Shown piece by piece: positions 19,544 to 30,788 of a stretch of DNA of 64,000 nt. Position 1 is the first letter of the stretch. Every line of letters begins with the position of its first letter. Source of the DNA: Candidatus Nanohaloarchaea archaeon (GTDB lineage: Archaea; Nanohalarchaeota; Nanosalinia; Nanosalinales; Nanosalinaceae); contig JBEQBC010000001.1 of NCBI GenBank assembly GCA_041640035.1, positions 160,001 to 224,000 on the forward strand. The letters are read 5' to 3'. The notes under the pieces are model-generated. The model did no database searches, was not told the DNA's origin, and saw nothing but the letters and a program-made list of their open reading frames with translations. The position numbers and the translations under genes were made by a program.

Positions 19544-20416
19544 ATGACTTCTAATAGATATGCCGACCTACATATGCATACAACTGCCAGCGATGGAACC
19601 GACAGTATAGAACAGAGAATACGGCAGGCAGAGGAATACGGCCTAGATGCAGTAGCCATAACAGATCACGATACTATAAACAGGGAACTCGATCAGCGGT
19701 CATACGAAGCTGAAAACGGGGTAGAGGTCATAACTGGAACCGAGATTAAGTGCGAGGTCGGTGGCACAAAGATAGAGATACTGGGCTACTTTGTAGATCC
19801 GGAAAACAAAGCGCTTAACCAGATTTTCGAGGAACTATCCGAAAAAAGGATCCAGAGAATGAGTGAAATAGTGGAGAAACTGGATCAGGTAATCGAAGAG
19901 GACATCAGCCTGGAAGATATACTTGAATACGAGGATACCACACCGGGAAGACCACATCTGGCACAGCTTCTTATCGACAGAGATGTAGCGGATGACTGGC
20001 AACATGCATTTAACAAATTTATAGGGAAAGACTCCGAAGCATATGTAGAAGTGGAGAAGATACCGGCGGAAAAAGTTATTGAAGCAGTACACCGTGCAGG
20101 AGGCGTAGCATCAGTAGCACACCCAGGAAGAAGCCTCACCAAGGATGAAGCAGTAGAGAAAATCGGTCACCTAGTTAAGAAAGGCTTGGATGGATTAGAG
20201 GTCGAATATACTTACAGAGGAAAGGTCAGGAAATCAAGTTACGATGTCTACTTTACAGAAGTCCACGCTAACCGGCTGGCGGAAATGTATGATTTGATTC
20301 CTACCGGTGGAAGCGACTGCCACGGTATGAAGTCAGACAAGTATAACATAGGAAAGGTCAAGATTGACTACGAAAATGTAGCCCGGCTCAGAACTGTTTC
20401 CCGTGAATATCGGTGA
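19544..20416 (+). CDS. PHP domain phosphoesterase (TrpH/YciV-like)
   Basis: DLHMHTTASDG, TDHD, GRPH, AHPG, GGSDCHG. Confidence 0.92.
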   Translation: MTSNRYADLHMHTTASDGTDSIEQRIRQAEEYGLDAVAITDHDTINRELDQRSYEAENGVEVITGTEIKCEVGGTKIEILGYFVDPENKALNQIFEELSEKRIQRMSEIVEKLDQVIEEDISLEDILEYEDTTPGRPHLAQLLIDRDVADDWQHAFNKFIGKDSEAYVEVEKIPAEKVIEAVHRAGGVASVAHPGRSLTKDEAVEKIGHLVKKGLDGLEVEYTYRGKVRKSSYDVYFTEVHANRLAEMYDLIPTGGSDCHGMKSDKYNIGKVKIDYENVARLRTVSREYR

Positions 20417-20491
20417 AGCCCGGTCTATTTGGTAAGTGTTTAAAAGATTCAACTTTACACTCTCCTTATATAACGAGAGGTAAACTGAAAA

Positions 20492-20782
20492 ATGGCAGAG
20501 AAATCCAGAGGTCCACAGCACGGAGCAAGACACAAGTTATCCAAGGAAAACAGGGCAAAAACTACTGTAAACGAACAACTGAAGGAATTTGACGAAGGAG
20601 AAAGAGTACTTATCAAAGTAAATCCTTCCGTTCAAGAATCCCGTCCACACATGAGATTCCACGGAGTAACAGGAGAAGTAACAGGAATGCAGGGAGAAAG
20701 CTACGAAGTAACAGTACAGGACGGAGACCAGACAAAGAAACTCTACATCCCACCAGTCCACCTAAAGGAAACAGGTGAATAA
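20492..20782 (+). CDS. rpl21e: 50S ribosomal protein L21e
   Basis: SRG...RHKL, PHMRFHGVTG, PVHLK. Confidence 0.95.
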   Translation: MAEKSRGPQHGARHKLSKENRAKTTVNEQLKEFDEGERVLIKVNPSVQESRPHMRFHGVTGEVTGMQGESYEVTVQDGDQTKKLYIPPVHLKETGE

Positions 20783-20785
20783 ACA

Positions 20786-21124
20786 GTGGAGATCAAAGAC
20801 GAAGAATATGTCTACCCAGCAGAAATCCTTGAAGAACTTCAGGAAAAAGACGAAGCAGAAGAAGAACTAACCCACGAACAGAAAATCGCTCTTGAGAACC
20901 TGACAAGAAACATCCAGGTAGATGATGTTGATACACTGAAGGAGCTTAACGACGAGCTTTCAGAAATCGATGCATTGAAGCAGAAGCACATCTACAAGGT
21001 ACTGGAAGTAATGCCGGAACAGCCTTCCACAGTAAACACGATGTTCTCAAAGGAACGAGTTAAGCTTGAGGACGAAGATGTAGAAAGGATCCTGGAGATC
21101 TGCGGAAGCGTATCCACAGAGTAA
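20786..21124 (+). CDS. rpoF: RNA polymerase subunit F (Rpo4)
   Basis: Position after L21e; ELTHEQKIALE, KVLEVMP. Confidence 0.85.
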   Translation: MEIKDEEYVYPAEILEELQEKDEAEEELTHEQKIALENLTRNIQVDDVDTLKELNDELSEIDALKQKHIYKVLEVMPEQPSTVNTMFSKERVKLEDEDVERILEICGSVSTE

Positions 21125-21265
21125 AACTCTCTATTTTCTCAGTTCATTTACTTCAGATAACAGGGAAAAGCTGTTAAAATCTGTAAAATCAGTAAATGTT
21201 TACGGACAGCTATAACCCTGATATCCCAAGAAATAAGATAATCAAGGAGTTGACAAAAATATACT

Positions 21266-21808
21266 ATGACAGAACAAAGCAAAGACGAGTACATCAAAGT
21301 ACTTGACTTCCTAGAAAGAGGAGGTCAAGGCGGAAGCGGAGAACCAACAGTACAAGGAATAGGAACAGAAAACTACAACCTCCTAGAAGTAGTAACCAGA
21401 GACGGAGTACATCCAAAAGGAGGAGAAGAACTGTACATCGGAGAAGGCGACCGAGAAAAAGTAAAATACATCAAGGACCGGATCAGCTTCGACGACCTAA
21501 CAGGAAACTCAAGAGCAGAACTCAAATATGTGCTTCAAGCACTAATCAAAGACAAGGAAGACGAATTCGTAGAGTTCTTCAACGAAGCAACACCGGTAAC
21601 ACCGCGAAGACACGCATTCGAACTACTGCCAGGAATCGGAAACAAACACATGCAAAAACTCCTGGATGAAAGAAGAGAAAGCGACTTCGAAAGCTTCGAA
21701 GACATCAAGGAAAGAGTACCTTCAATCCCCGACCCAGAAACCACGATCAGCAAACGGATCAAACAGGAACTCAAGGGAGAAACCAAGAGAAAAATGTTCA
21801 CAGGGTAG
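21266..21808 (+). CDS. DUF655 family protein
   Basis: VLDFL, YIGEGDREKV, FFN...HAFELLPGIG. Confidence 0.92.
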   Translation: MTEQSKDEYIKVLDFLERGGQGGSGEPTVQGIGTENYNLLEVVTRDGVHPKGGEELYIGEGDREKVKYIKDRISFDDLTGNSRAELKYVLQALIKDKEDEFVEFFNEATPVTPRRHAFELLPGIGNKHMQKLLDERRESDFESFEDIKERVPSIPDPETTISKRIKQELKGETKRKMFTG

Positions 21809-21855
21809 AAAAACACTCTTCCAACTCTTCTATCTTTCTACTTTAATTTAGTAAA

Positions 21856-22683
21856 ATGTCTCTCAAAGAAGAAACACTCCAGGAAATAAACGAAATAGGT
21901 CTCAAAACGGTCAGAGGCCAGAACTTCATAATCAACGAACACATGATCACAGCACTGGTCGAAGCCGGAGAAATCGAAGACCAAGACATACTGGAAATCG
22001 GACCAGGAACAGGAAACATAACAGAAGAACTCCTAGAAAAGAAAGGAGAAAAAGGAACAGTAACCGCCGTAGAAAAAGACACAGTACTCTACGAACACCT
22101 AAACGAAAAATTCAACGAACAGATAGAAGACAGAAAACTATCACTTCTAAACGAAGACATACTGGAAACAGATTTATCTGGATACGACCGTTGTGTCGGC
22201 AATCTTCCATTCCAGATTACCAGTGATATAATCGAAAAACTGGGAGAACACCAGATACAGTCAGCAGTGATAGTACAGGACGACCTGGCAGACAAGATAA
22301 CCGCAGATCCCGGCGAAAAGAAGTACGGACCCGCAACGGTCAGAGCACAGTACTACTTTATACCGGTCAAACTACAGACCATACCGAAGATCAACTACCA
22401 CCCGGAACCGGAAGTCGATACAGCGATAGTCAAACTTTACCCTAATCGGGATAGACACGCAGTAGATGACGAAGAATGGTTCTTCACGGTCGTAAAAGCT
22501 TTGTTCACTCACAAGATGAAGAAGGTAAGAAACGCAGTAGTAGACAGTAGACATATCATCGGAGAGGTAAAAGACCGACTGAAAGCGATCCGTGATGAAT
22601 TACCGAATTCGGAGAAGAGAGTGGTTCAGCTAAATATCAAGGAGATGAACGAGATAGCTGAAGAACTTCAAGACAAGCTGTGA
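21856..22683 (+). CDS. rsmA: 16S rRNA dimethyladenosine transferase KsgA/RsmA
   Basis: GQNF, LEIGPGTG, NLPFQI, PEPEVD. Confidence 0.93.
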   Translation: MSLKEETLQEINEIGLKTVRGQNFIINEHMITALVEAGEIEDQDILEIGPGTGNITEELLEKKGEKGTVTAVEKDTVLYEHLNEKFNEQIEDRKLSLLNEDILETDLSGYDRCVGNLPFQITSDIIEKLGEHQIQSAVIVQDDLADKITADPGEKKYGPATVRAQYYFIPVKLQTIPKINYHPEPEVDTAIVKLYPNRDRHAVDDEEWFFTVVKALFTHKMKKVRNAVVDSRHIIGEVKDRLKAIRDELPNSEKRVVQLNIKEMNEIAEELQDKL

Positions 22684-22744
22684 AAAACTGTTCAAAACAA
22701 TTCAACAAGGATAGATATTTAACACCAGTTGGATCGTTTAATTT

Positions 22745-24307
22745 ATGCCGAGCGACACGAAATGGATATTCGTCTCCGGCGGAGTTCTATCAGGCCTGGG
22801 CAAAGGCATCGTCTCCGCAAGTATCTCAAAACTTCTACAACTACATGACACCGAGGTAGCACCTGTCAAATGTGACGGCTACCTGAATGTAGATCCCGGA
22901 ACTATGAACCCACACGAACACGGAGAAGTGTTCGTACTGGAAGACGGAACAGAAGTCGACATGGACTTCGGACACTACGAAAGATTTCTGGATATCGAAA
23001 CCACAGGGAAGCAGAATCTGACATCAGGAAAAATATTCAACGAAGTAATCGATAAAGAGAGAAAAGGAGACTTCCTCGGCGAAACCGTACAGATGGTGCC
23101 ACATGTAACAGATCACATCAAGGACACCATTAGAGAAGCAGGGGGACATGCAGATGTGATAGCCGTTGAAATAGGCGGAACAGTCGGAGACATGGAAAAC
23201 CGGCTATACCTGGAAGCAGCACGGCAAATACTAAGCGAAGAAGATGGAATACTTGTACATACTACACTAGTACCGTTCCTGGAAACAACAGGAGAGCAGA
23301 AAACTAAGCCAACACAGCACTCAGTCAAAGAACTACGGGAAATGGGCTTGGAACCCGATATAATTATAACACGGACGGAAGAAGAACTAGAAGACTACTC
23401 AAGAGAAAAGATATCACTCTTCTGCGATGTAGAGGAAAAGGAAGTTATCTCAGACCCTAACATGGAAACCATATACGAACTACCGCTCAAGTTCTACGAA
23501 CAGGATGTAGATAAACTGGTAGCCGACAAACTAGACCTACCTGAGAGACAAGAGAACCTTGATAACTGGAGAGAAAAAGTTGAGGCAGTTAAATCTGAAC
23601 CAGTAGCGGACATCGCAATATGCGGAAAGTACACCGATATGGATGACAGCTACGCATCCGTAGAGGAAGCATTGAAGCATGCAGCAGCAGAACTAGGCGG
23701 ATCAGTAAACACAGAGTATGTAGACACAGAAGAATTCACCTCGGAAACACTGGAAGGCTTCGATGGAGTGATCATACCTGGCGGATTCGGCTCAAGAGGG
23801 GTAGAAGGTAAAATCAAAACAGCACAGTACTGCCGAGAAAACAATATACCATTACTTGGTCTCTGCTACGGAATGCAGCTCATGGTAGTTGAATACGCCA
23901 GAAATGTACTCGGACTCGACGCAGTATCAGAAGAATTCGCTGACGGCGAGGAACACCATGTAATAGCAGAACTGCCTGAACAGAAAAACATAGAGGAAAA
24001 AGGAGGTACCATGAGGTTAGGAAACTACACGGCTCAGCTGGAAGGACAGGTCAAAGAGATCTACGGAAGCAGTGAAGCAGACGAAAGACACCGGCACAGA
24101 TACGAAGTCGATCCGGCATACCACGAACAACTCGAATCTAATGGTTTGAGGATAACAGGTACATCACACGACGGCAGACTCGCAGAGTACATAGAACTAC
24201 CGGAGAACAGCTTCTACATAGGTACACAGGCCCATCCAGAGTTCAACTCCACACTGGAAAACCCGAATCCACTCTACCTCGCATTCATGAAGAACTCAGT
24301 AAACTAG
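22745..24307 (+). CDS. pyrG: CTP synthase
   Basis: [46 protein letters not shown]. Confidence 0.97.
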   Translation: MPSDTKWIFVSGGVLSGLGKGIVSASISKLLQLHDTEVAPVKCDGYLNVDPGTMNPHEHGEVFVLEDGTEVDMDFGHYERFLDIETTGKQNLTSGKIFNEVIDKERKGDFLGETVQMVPHVTDHIKDTIREAGGHADVIAVEIGGTVGDMENRLYLEAARQILSEEDGILVHTTLVPFLETTGEQKTKPTQHSVKELREMGLEPDIIITRTEEELEDYSREKISLFCDVEEKEVISDPNMETIYELPLKFYEQDVDKLVADKLDLPERQENLDNWREKVEAVKSEPVADIAICGKYTDMDDSYASVEEALKHAAAELGGSVNTEYVDTEEFTSETLEGFDGVIIPGGFGSRGVEGKIKTAQYCRENNIPLLGLCYGMQLMVVEYARNVLGLDAVSEEFADGEEHHVIAELPEQKNIEEKGGTMRLGNYTAQLEGQVKEIYGSSEADERHRHRYEVDPAYHEQLESNGLRITGTSHDGRLAEYIELPENSFYIGTQAHPEFNSTLENPNPLYLAFMKNSVN

Positions 24308-24835
24308 ATGAGATCAACCGTATACCCGCCCAGAGAAGACACCTACCTGCTCAAAGAAAAAGTAGAGCAGATGGATCTGGAAGGGTCAAAAGTACTCGAA
24401 CTTGGATGCGGGAACGGAGTAATCACCAAAGCTTTGGAACAAGCCGGAACCGAGCTGACCGCGGTAGATATCAACAAGAACGCTGTTGAAACAACAAAGG
24501 AAAAGCTTGAGCATCCGGAAAAACACGAGATAAAGTACTCAGATTTGTTCGAAAATATTGGTTCTCAAGAATTTGATTACATCTTCTTCAACCCTCCGTA
24601 TCTAGAAGGTGAGACCGGGATAGGTGATGAGGAAAAATGGCATGTAGGCGATGAAAATATCCTAAACCGGTTTTTTGAACAAGTAGGCAGCTATTTGTCG
24701 GATAATGGTCAGGCGTTTCTGGTTCTCAGCAGTCAGACTCCGGGGCTGGAAAAGTTGATGGAGGAGAAAAATCTTGAAATAGAGGCGGAGAAGAAGGTCT
24801 GGTTCGAAAAGCTTTATGTTGTTCGCTATAAATAG
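24308..24835 (+). CDS. HemK2/Mtq2-type glutamine methyltransferase
   Basis: VYPPREDTYLL, LELGCGNG, FNPPY. Confidence 0.9.
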   Translation: MRSTVYPPREDTYLLKEKVEQMDLEGSKVLELGCGNGVITKALEQAGTELTAVDINKNAVETTKEKLEHPEKHEIKYSDLFENIGSQEFDYIFFNPPYLEGETGIGDEEKWHVGDENILNRFFEQVGSYLSDNGQAFLVLSSQTPGLEKLMEEKNLEIEAEKKVWFEKLYVVRYK

Positions 24836-24868
24836 AATTTTTATACCATCCGAGGTAAACATACATCA

Positions 24869-27643
24869 ATGAACTCCAAAAGAGCAATCCTAATTCTAAC
24901 CGCAATTATATTCTCAGTTACAACAGCTCAAGCATCACATGATTATAACATAGAACCATTGGGAGAGCCACAATCCTACGACTTTGTATCTAATGAAAGC
25001 CAATCTTTTAGAGCTGTCAACTTAACCTATAATAACCAGCCAGTATCTCCGGAGAACCTGGCAGCGGATCAAGGAGAGTTTATCTACGAATATCCTGAAA
25101 GCGGGACATTCAACGATACAATGCAGTACTTCAACGACGGTATCTGGTATGCTAATATCCAGACATTGAATGAAACAGCAGATATCAATTATACTGCGAG
25201 AAATGAGACAGAAGCATCTTTACATATCTATGCGGAAGAGAGCGAAACTCTTGATGTATCAGAACTCAAAATAAAAGATGTCGAAATTATGCAGATGGAA
25301 AGTCTTGATGATCCTGTGAAGGCAGGTAGAGCAGTAACACTTAGACTTGATGTAGAGAACACAACTGATGGTTCACAGGAACAGAACGCGGATGTAAACA
25401 TCAGATTCGTCAATGGAACATACTCTACAAGCGTAGTAAATGTCGGATACAACGATGCAGACAACCTTTTCAGAACATCTCTGGACATGCCAGACTATAC
25501 AAATCAGAAATTTATCGGACAGATAACAGCCGAAGACGGAAGCGAACAGTCAAGTTATTCCTTTGAAATTAATACAAAGCCAGCGGTAGAAGGAAATATA
25601 GACCGCCTGGAATCACTGAACGGAGGATGTAACGCAAACTCCATGCCAGAACAGTGTGAAGGAAACGCAACACTTGAAGCAGGTTACAATGTAACAAGCG
25701 TACCAGCAGAATCCGTAAACATGACAGTATGGAAGCACGATAACCAGGGTAACCCTGTGAAACATACAGAGTACTCACTGGCAAGAAACGGTTCAAAACC
25801 GTCAAGCGAGCCAGGTTACTACTCAGCAGAGTTTGACTTCCCGTTCATCAACAGAAGTCAGTACGGTAACGAAGTAAAACTGATGTTCAACGCATCAACA
25901 GACAACAGAGAAGACATCGATAACTACACAATCGATTACCGTTCATTCAGAGCAAATATCGACCTTGAGAAAGGATATGCCTACCAGAGCGGAGAGATGA
26001 CAATACCGCTCACACTTGAAAGATACTTCACATTGAACACAGTTGAAGAGGATGAGATCAGAGAACTTGATGTAAATGTCACGGATCCAAACGGAGAAAT
26101 CTTCGAATCCTATGATCTAAACAATGTATCCCTAGGAACTGATGAACAGTACACAGAAGTAATTGATATCCCTGGAGACGCCATGACAGGAGATTACCAG
26201 ATCGATCTCTTCGTGGAAGATGTCTTCAGAGCAAACAAGACAGTAATGAGAAGTTTCTCAGTCAGAGAAAACACACAAACCTTTGAACTCAGTGATGACA
26301 CACTAGAGCCAGAGTTCCAAAGAGCAGGAGATTACAGTACTGAAATGAACATCACTGATATCTCAGGAACAGGACTAAACATGTCTGTAGATGTATCCAG
26401 CGACCTACAGGATATCCTTGATATGCCTACCGATTTCGAGGTAGAAAATGGCCAGATGAGAACACTGGATCTGAACTGGAACATCGATGAGGTGCAGGAG
26501 TACAGCGGAGAACTTGAATTCAAGGATGAAGACTCAAACTACAACACGACTGTTGATGTGAACACTCAGTCACCTGACTGCCAGTTCCAGAACGGAAACC
26601 TTTGCTCATTGACATCAAAGGATATAGAGCACACAATGGCTCAGAGAGAAACCGATGAACTCGACTTCGAAATCCTGAACATAGGACAGGCAGACTCAAC
26701 GAGAGATGTCTCAATAAGTGTGTCAGGAAATATCTCAGACTATGTTGAAGTGGTTTCAAGCGCATCATTCTCCGACAACCAAGTTATTCCGTTCAACTTA
26801 ACAGCTCAGGAAAGAGGAGTATTCACAGGATCCATGACTGTCTCATCAAGTGACAGCGAACTGGTATACGACCTGGTTCTCGACTCAAATGTTCCTTCCG
26901 GAGCACCACAGGTAGATGTGACGGAAAGCGTGGAAATCGGACCACTGGTAGAAGGAGAATCAGCAACAGCAGATGTCACAATGGATAACACGGGAGAAGT
27001 AGCGATAACCAACATTTCAATCAGCTCAGAAACATACAATATAGAAGCTGATACGGAAGGAATGGAGATACCAGAAGACTCCTCAGACACCATAGAAGTA
27101 ACATTTAACGATGTATCATCAAGCTCAGGACAGCTAAGTATAGATCTTGAAGCACTTGAGGAAGCAACCGAGACGGTAGATGTAACCGCACAGGTCTACT
27201 CAGATTACGGAACAAGAATCGACAACCTGTTCGATGACATCCAGAACCTCAGAGACAGTACAGGAAACCAGCAAGCACTATCTACATTAGATGAAGCAGA
27301 AACAACCTTGGATAGTGCAGAGGTCAGCTGGGAGAACGGTAACTACGAAGAAGCCGTAAACACATACGAGGACGCTGACAGCACATACCAGCAGGCACAG
27401 AGCACAGTTGACTCAAGCGAACCGGAAAACCCTGGTGGCAGTGATCCAGGAACAAGTCCTGAAGACCCAGGTACAGAACAACCAGATCCTGGAACAGAAC
27501 AGCCTGACGACAATGGCGGCGGAAGACTGCCGATCCTGCCGATAATCATAGTTCTGGTCCTGTTGATTGCAGGAGGCTTCGTATTTTACGAGAGCTACAT
27601 TCCTGAAGAAGGAGACCCACTCTACGATGTATTAGGACAATGA
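24869..27643 (+). CDS. Cell-surface protein with Ig-like repeats and C-terminal anchor
   Basis: Signal peptide, many NxS/T sequons, PGTEQPD repeats, C-terminal TM. Confidence 0.8.
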   Translation: MNSKRAILILTAIIFSVTTAQASHDYNIEPLGEPQSYDFVSNESQSFRAVNLTYNNQPVSPENLAADQGEFIYEYPESGTFNDTMQYFNDGIWYANIQTLNETADINYTARNETEASLHIYAEESETLDVSELKIKDVEIMQMESLDDPVKAGRAVTLRLDVENTTDGSQEQNADVNIRFVNGTYSTSVVNVGYNDADNLFRTSLDMPDYTNQKFIGQITAEDGSEQSSYSFEINTKPAVEGNIDRLESLNGGCNANSMPEQCEGNATLEAGYNVTSVPAESVNMTVWKHDNQGNPVKHTEYSLARNGSKPSSEPGYYSAEFDFPFINRSQYGNEVKLMFNASTDNREDIDNYTIDYRSFRANIDLEKGYAYQSGEMTIPLTLERYFTLNTVEEDEIRELDVNVTDPNGEIFESYDLNNVSLGTDEQYTEVIDIPGDAMTGDYQIDLFVEDVFRANKTVMRSFSVRENTQTFELSDDTLEPEFQRAGDYSTEMNITDISGTGLNMSVDVSSDLQDILDMPTDFEVENGQMRTLDLNWNIDEVQEYSGELEFKDEDSNYNTTVDVNTQSPDCQFQNGNLCSLTSKDIEHTMAQRETDELDFEILNIGQADSTRDVSISVSGNISDYVEVVSSASFSDNQVIPFNLTAQERGVFTGSMTVSSSDSELVYDLVLDSNVPSGAPQVDVTESVEIGPLVEGESATADVTMDNTGEVAITNISISSETYNIEADTEGMEIPEDSSDTIEVTFNDVSSSSGQLSIDLEALEEATETVDVTAQVYSDYGTRIDNLFDDIQNLRDSTGNQQALSTLDEAETTLDSAEVSWENGNYEEAVNTYEDADSTYQQAQSTVDSSEPENPGGSDPGTSPEDPGTEQPDPGTEQPDDNGGGRLPILPIIIVLVLLIAGGFVFYESYIPEEGDPLYDVLGQ

Positions 27644-28146
27644 TTCATGAAGCAATACCGCTACCACCTGAAGCAACAACGCTCGCATTACTGGTAGGAC
27701 TGGTAGCGGTATTCTACATCGCCTACAAACTGATGGAGATGGTCTTCCAAACAATCACTATGTCCATTCTATCCGGAGCCTTCTACACAGCATTCTCATT
27801 CCTATTCCTAGGAGGAATACCGGGACTTGTGGATATACTGATGTTCTCACTGCTAGGCTCTGTACTCTACATAGTATTCACGCTGCTTGAATCAGCATAC
27901 ACAGTATCCAAACACCTGGTCAAGATACCAGTAGCGATCCTGGAAGCAATCCTGTACCCAGTAAAAAAATTATACAGCGCCTTAAAGGCGGAGATGGAGA
28001 AGGAGAGAACCAGCAACAGTAATGGAGAAGATGATTCTCAGGATTCCACGCCTCAAGAAGGTGGTGGAGATGACGATAACTCGGATGGTGGAAAAGGGAC
28101 TAAAGAAGTAGTTATTGATAAGGTCAGTCAGGAAGACGAAAATTAA
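27640..28146 (+). CDS. Membrane protein with acidic tail
   Basis: Three hydrophobic helices; overlaps previous stop. Confidence 0.7.
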   Translation: MIHEAIPLPPEATTLALLVGLVAVFYIAYKLMEMVFQTITMSILSGAFYTAFSFLFLGGIPGLVDILMFSLLGSVLYIVFTLLESAYTVSKHLVKIPVAILEAILYPVKKLYSALKAEMEKERTSNSNGEDDSQDSTPQEGGGDDDNSDGGKGTKEVVIDKVSQEDEN

Positions 28147-28712
28147 TTCTCTTTGAAATCTTGAAGTTCTCCTATCAAACGATCGAACTCTTCTTCAGTA
28201 GGTGATCCACGCAGAATCAGTTCTGAAATTATATTGTCTCCTACAAGATCCTTAAGGTACTCTGTCCTTCCACCTATATTCTCACCTTCACCTTCCTCTG
28301 TAAAACCATGCATTAGAACAGCTGCAGCGTGACTCAGATTCATGGAACTGTATCCAGGCGTATCGATATGAACGACTGCATCACAAATTTCAAGTTCCTC
28401 ATTACTCAGACCTGAATCCTCTCTCCCCAGAACCAAGGAGGTATTTTCTCTTGGCTGAAAATCTTCGAGACTGGATGCACGGCCCGGCTTAGTACCAACC
28501 ACAAAATCTAAATCTTCTATTGCATTACCTAGTTTTTCGAATATCTCTGCCTCGTCGAGTACATTCTGTGCGTTTGCCGCTGTATCCCGGCTTTCAGAAA
28601 GGTTGAATTCAGAATTAACTATCCGAAGTTCGGTATCATAGTTGCTGCATAGACGGGCTATGAATCCGGTGTTTTCCGGTATCTGCGGTTCTACAAGTAT
28701 TACTGCTTCCAT
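28143..28712 (-). CDS. SPOUT RNA methyltransferase, TrmJ/TrmH family
   Basis: ILVEPQIPENTG.IAR, LGREDSGLSNEEL, SMNLSHA. Confidence 0.9.
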   Translation of the reverse strand: MEAVILVEPQIPENTGFIARLCSNYDTELRIVNSEFNLSESRDTAANAQNVLDEAEIFEKLGNAIEDLDFVVGTKPGRASSLEDFQPRENTSLVLGREDSGLSNEELEICDAVVHIDTPGYSSMNLSHAAAVLMHGFTEEGEGENIGGRTEYLKDLVGDNIISELILRGSPTEEEFDRLIGELQDFKEN

Positions 28713-28760
28713 CCTGTGTACCAACCTATAAAACCATGTTAGGACATAAAATGTTTTACA

Positions 28761-29402
28761 GTGTTTGACGGAAAAACAGTAACCGCAGTATTTGTATCAC
28801 TCGCAATTATCGCCGTAGTAACATCAGGAGGAAATATCCAGACACCGGAAAACCTAAGTGAGGGCGGACTAGATCTAGGAAACCTGATTCCATCAGGCGA
28901 CCTATCATTTGAGAACCGTCCTGAACCAAACAATACGGTAGAGGCAGATTTCTCAGCAACTCTAGCTAACGATACCTTGAAAGTATACGATACTAACATG
29001 ACCTCCTCCGGACTTACAGAGATCGAATCAGAGCAGATTCAGGCAGATGAACCTATCCAGTTGATAGGATACAGCGGAGAAATACGGATCGGCTCCTCCG
29101 GAAAAGTTACACTTGTTGGAGAGGCTTCAGGATACAGTACCTCCGGTGTATCCTCAATGGAAACTTTTGAAGTAAACGCAACCCACACCACTTCCAGTAT
29201 GAACATGGATACAGTACGGCTTCAACATGCTTTCAACAACACTGAAGGCTCACTAAACAGTGCGACAAATCAGGGTTCAACCGCTGATACAGTTGAATTC
29301 AACTCCTTCACCGGAAATATAGTACTAGGCCTGAATCAGGGTAGTGTGGAGATGAATGGTAAGGTTGATCAACTTGAATCAGGTTCATTCGTGATTAATT
29401 AG
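28761..29402 (+). CDS. Secreted or membrane-anchored hypothetical protein
   Basis: N-terminal hydrophobic helix; S/T/G-rich. Confidence 0.7.
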   Translation: MFDGKTVTAVFVSLAIIAVVTSGGNIQTPENLSEGGLDLGNLIPSGDLSFENRPEPNNTVEADFSATLANDTLKVYDTNMTSSGLTEIESEQIQADEPIQLIGYSGEIRIGSSGKVTLVGEASGYSTSGVSSMETFEVNATHTTSSMNMDTVRLQHAFNNTEGSLNSATNQGSTADTVEFNSFTGNIVLGLNQGSVEMNGKVDQLESGSFVIN

Positions 29403-29434
29403 GGTTAAAAAACTGGAGTGGCTTTAAACTTTCT

Positions 29435-30700
29435 ATGCTAGACCAACTTATCCCAGAGTTCGGAAACATCTATGTGATACTACAAATTCTGTCATTCTTC
29501 CTGTTCATCGGAATGTTCCTGTTCTTCCCAAAGATAATGATATGGCAGGCAAACAGGAAGCTAAGAGACACAATGATAGATCTAGAAGGCTACAAAGAGA
29601 CCACAGAGCAACTGTTCTTAGATAACCTTACAGATAACAAGACAGAAGCACTTGAACAGAAGTTCGAGAGCATGAAAGACTTCAAGGTTTCCGCGCCAAG
29701 CAATATCGATCCATCGGGAGCAGTACAGAGACTTGAACATGTACTCGACACATCCGAACACAAGTTCGACCGATTCGTCAAAAAGTACGCAGATACAGAA
29801 GACGAAGACGAACTAGCAAACCTCAACATGACATTCAAAGGCGTCATGGGAACCAACCAGATCTACAGAGTAGTAAGACACTTCAAAGAACTAATCAACA
29901 AGACAGGAAACATCCAGATCATCAGCATGGTCCAGATGACCCTTCCGATCTACAAAGAACTGGCAGAAAGCCAGAAAGAAGCATCAAGAGCATTCGCAGA
30001 CCAGGCACCAATCGGAGACAGCATCGGACCACTCGTCGCAGCACGACTTATCGAAAGCGAAGAACCGGAAGAAATCAGCGAAGACATTGTACACAGCGAA
30101 GAAGAGATTGACGACCAAGAAGTACATGTCCTGAAAAGCAACGGTCCAGGAGCACGACTAGGAAAATACGGCGACGCAATCGACCAACTAACAGATGAAA
30201 ACGATCTAGAAGCCATCATCACGGTAGACGCAGCCTCCAAGTTCGAAGGAGAAACAACCGGAGATGTAGCAGAAGGAGTAGGAGTCATGATGGGAGGACC
30301 AGGAGTAGAGAAAACAAAGATTGAGGAAGCAGCAACAGAACACGATGTACCGCTCGAAGGAGTAGTCATCAAACAATCTGCACCAGAAGCAAGCAAAGCG
30401 ATGAAACAGGAGATCTACAACTCCCACGAAGAAGCCGAAGACAAAGCTAAAGAACTAGCAGCAGAGTTCGACGGCCCGGTAGCAATCATCGGTGTAGGAA
30501 ACACAGTAGGAATACCAAACCGGAGAGAAGAAACCAGCACCGTACACAACCAATTACACAAGTACTGGGAAGAGTACGAGGAAGAGGAAGAAGACGAAGT
30601 CAGCTACATGGGAATCATGGGTATCATGCCTGGTGGCGACCAACAGGTCAGTCGAGTCCAGAACTTGAAGGATCAGGTACTCTGGACACTGGCGAGATAA
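29435..30700 (+). CDS. DUF1512 family protein
   Basis: PIGDSIGPLVA, GPG, TVDAASKFEGE.TG.VAEGVGV, GVGNT.GI. Confidence 0.85.
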   Translation: MLDQLIPEFGNIYVILQILSFFLFIGMFLFFPKIMIWQANRKLRDTMIDLEGYKETTEQLFLDNLTDNKTEALEQKFESMKDFKVSAPSNIDPSGAVQRLEHVLDTSEHKFDRFVKKYADTEDEDELANLNMTFKGVMGTNQIYRVVRHFKELINKTGNIQIISMVQMTLPIYKELAESQKEASRAFADQAPIGDSIGPLVAARLIESEEPEEISEDIVHSEEEIDDQEVHVLKSNGPGARLGKYGDAIDQLTDENDLEAIITVDAASKFEGETTGDVAEGVGVMMGGPGVEKTKIEEAATEHDVPLEGVVIKQSAPEASKAMKQEIYNSHEEAEDKAKELAAEFDGPVAIIGVGNTVGIPNRREETSTVHNQLHKYWEEYEEEEEDEVSYMGIMGIMPGGDQQVSRVQNLKDQVLWTLAR

Positions 30701-30788
30701 TTTCTCTATACTTTTTCTTCTCACTATTTTTCTATTTCTACCGTAGTTATCCCAAATCCATTTAATTAAGAATAGATATATCCTAATC

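Noticed and set aside
21196-21306. 36-codon ORF overlapping the DUF655 start
   Set aside because: No compositional bias, hairpin or clear initiation signal; likely chance
19544-24307. PHP and pyrG genes interrupting the pus10-L21e-rpoF-ksgA-hemK cluster
   Set aside because: Ordinary gene-order variation with no mobile-element signs
27421-27510. Short direct repeats, possible CRISPR or VNTR
   Set aside because: In-frame degenerate PGTEQPD linker repeats with no spacers
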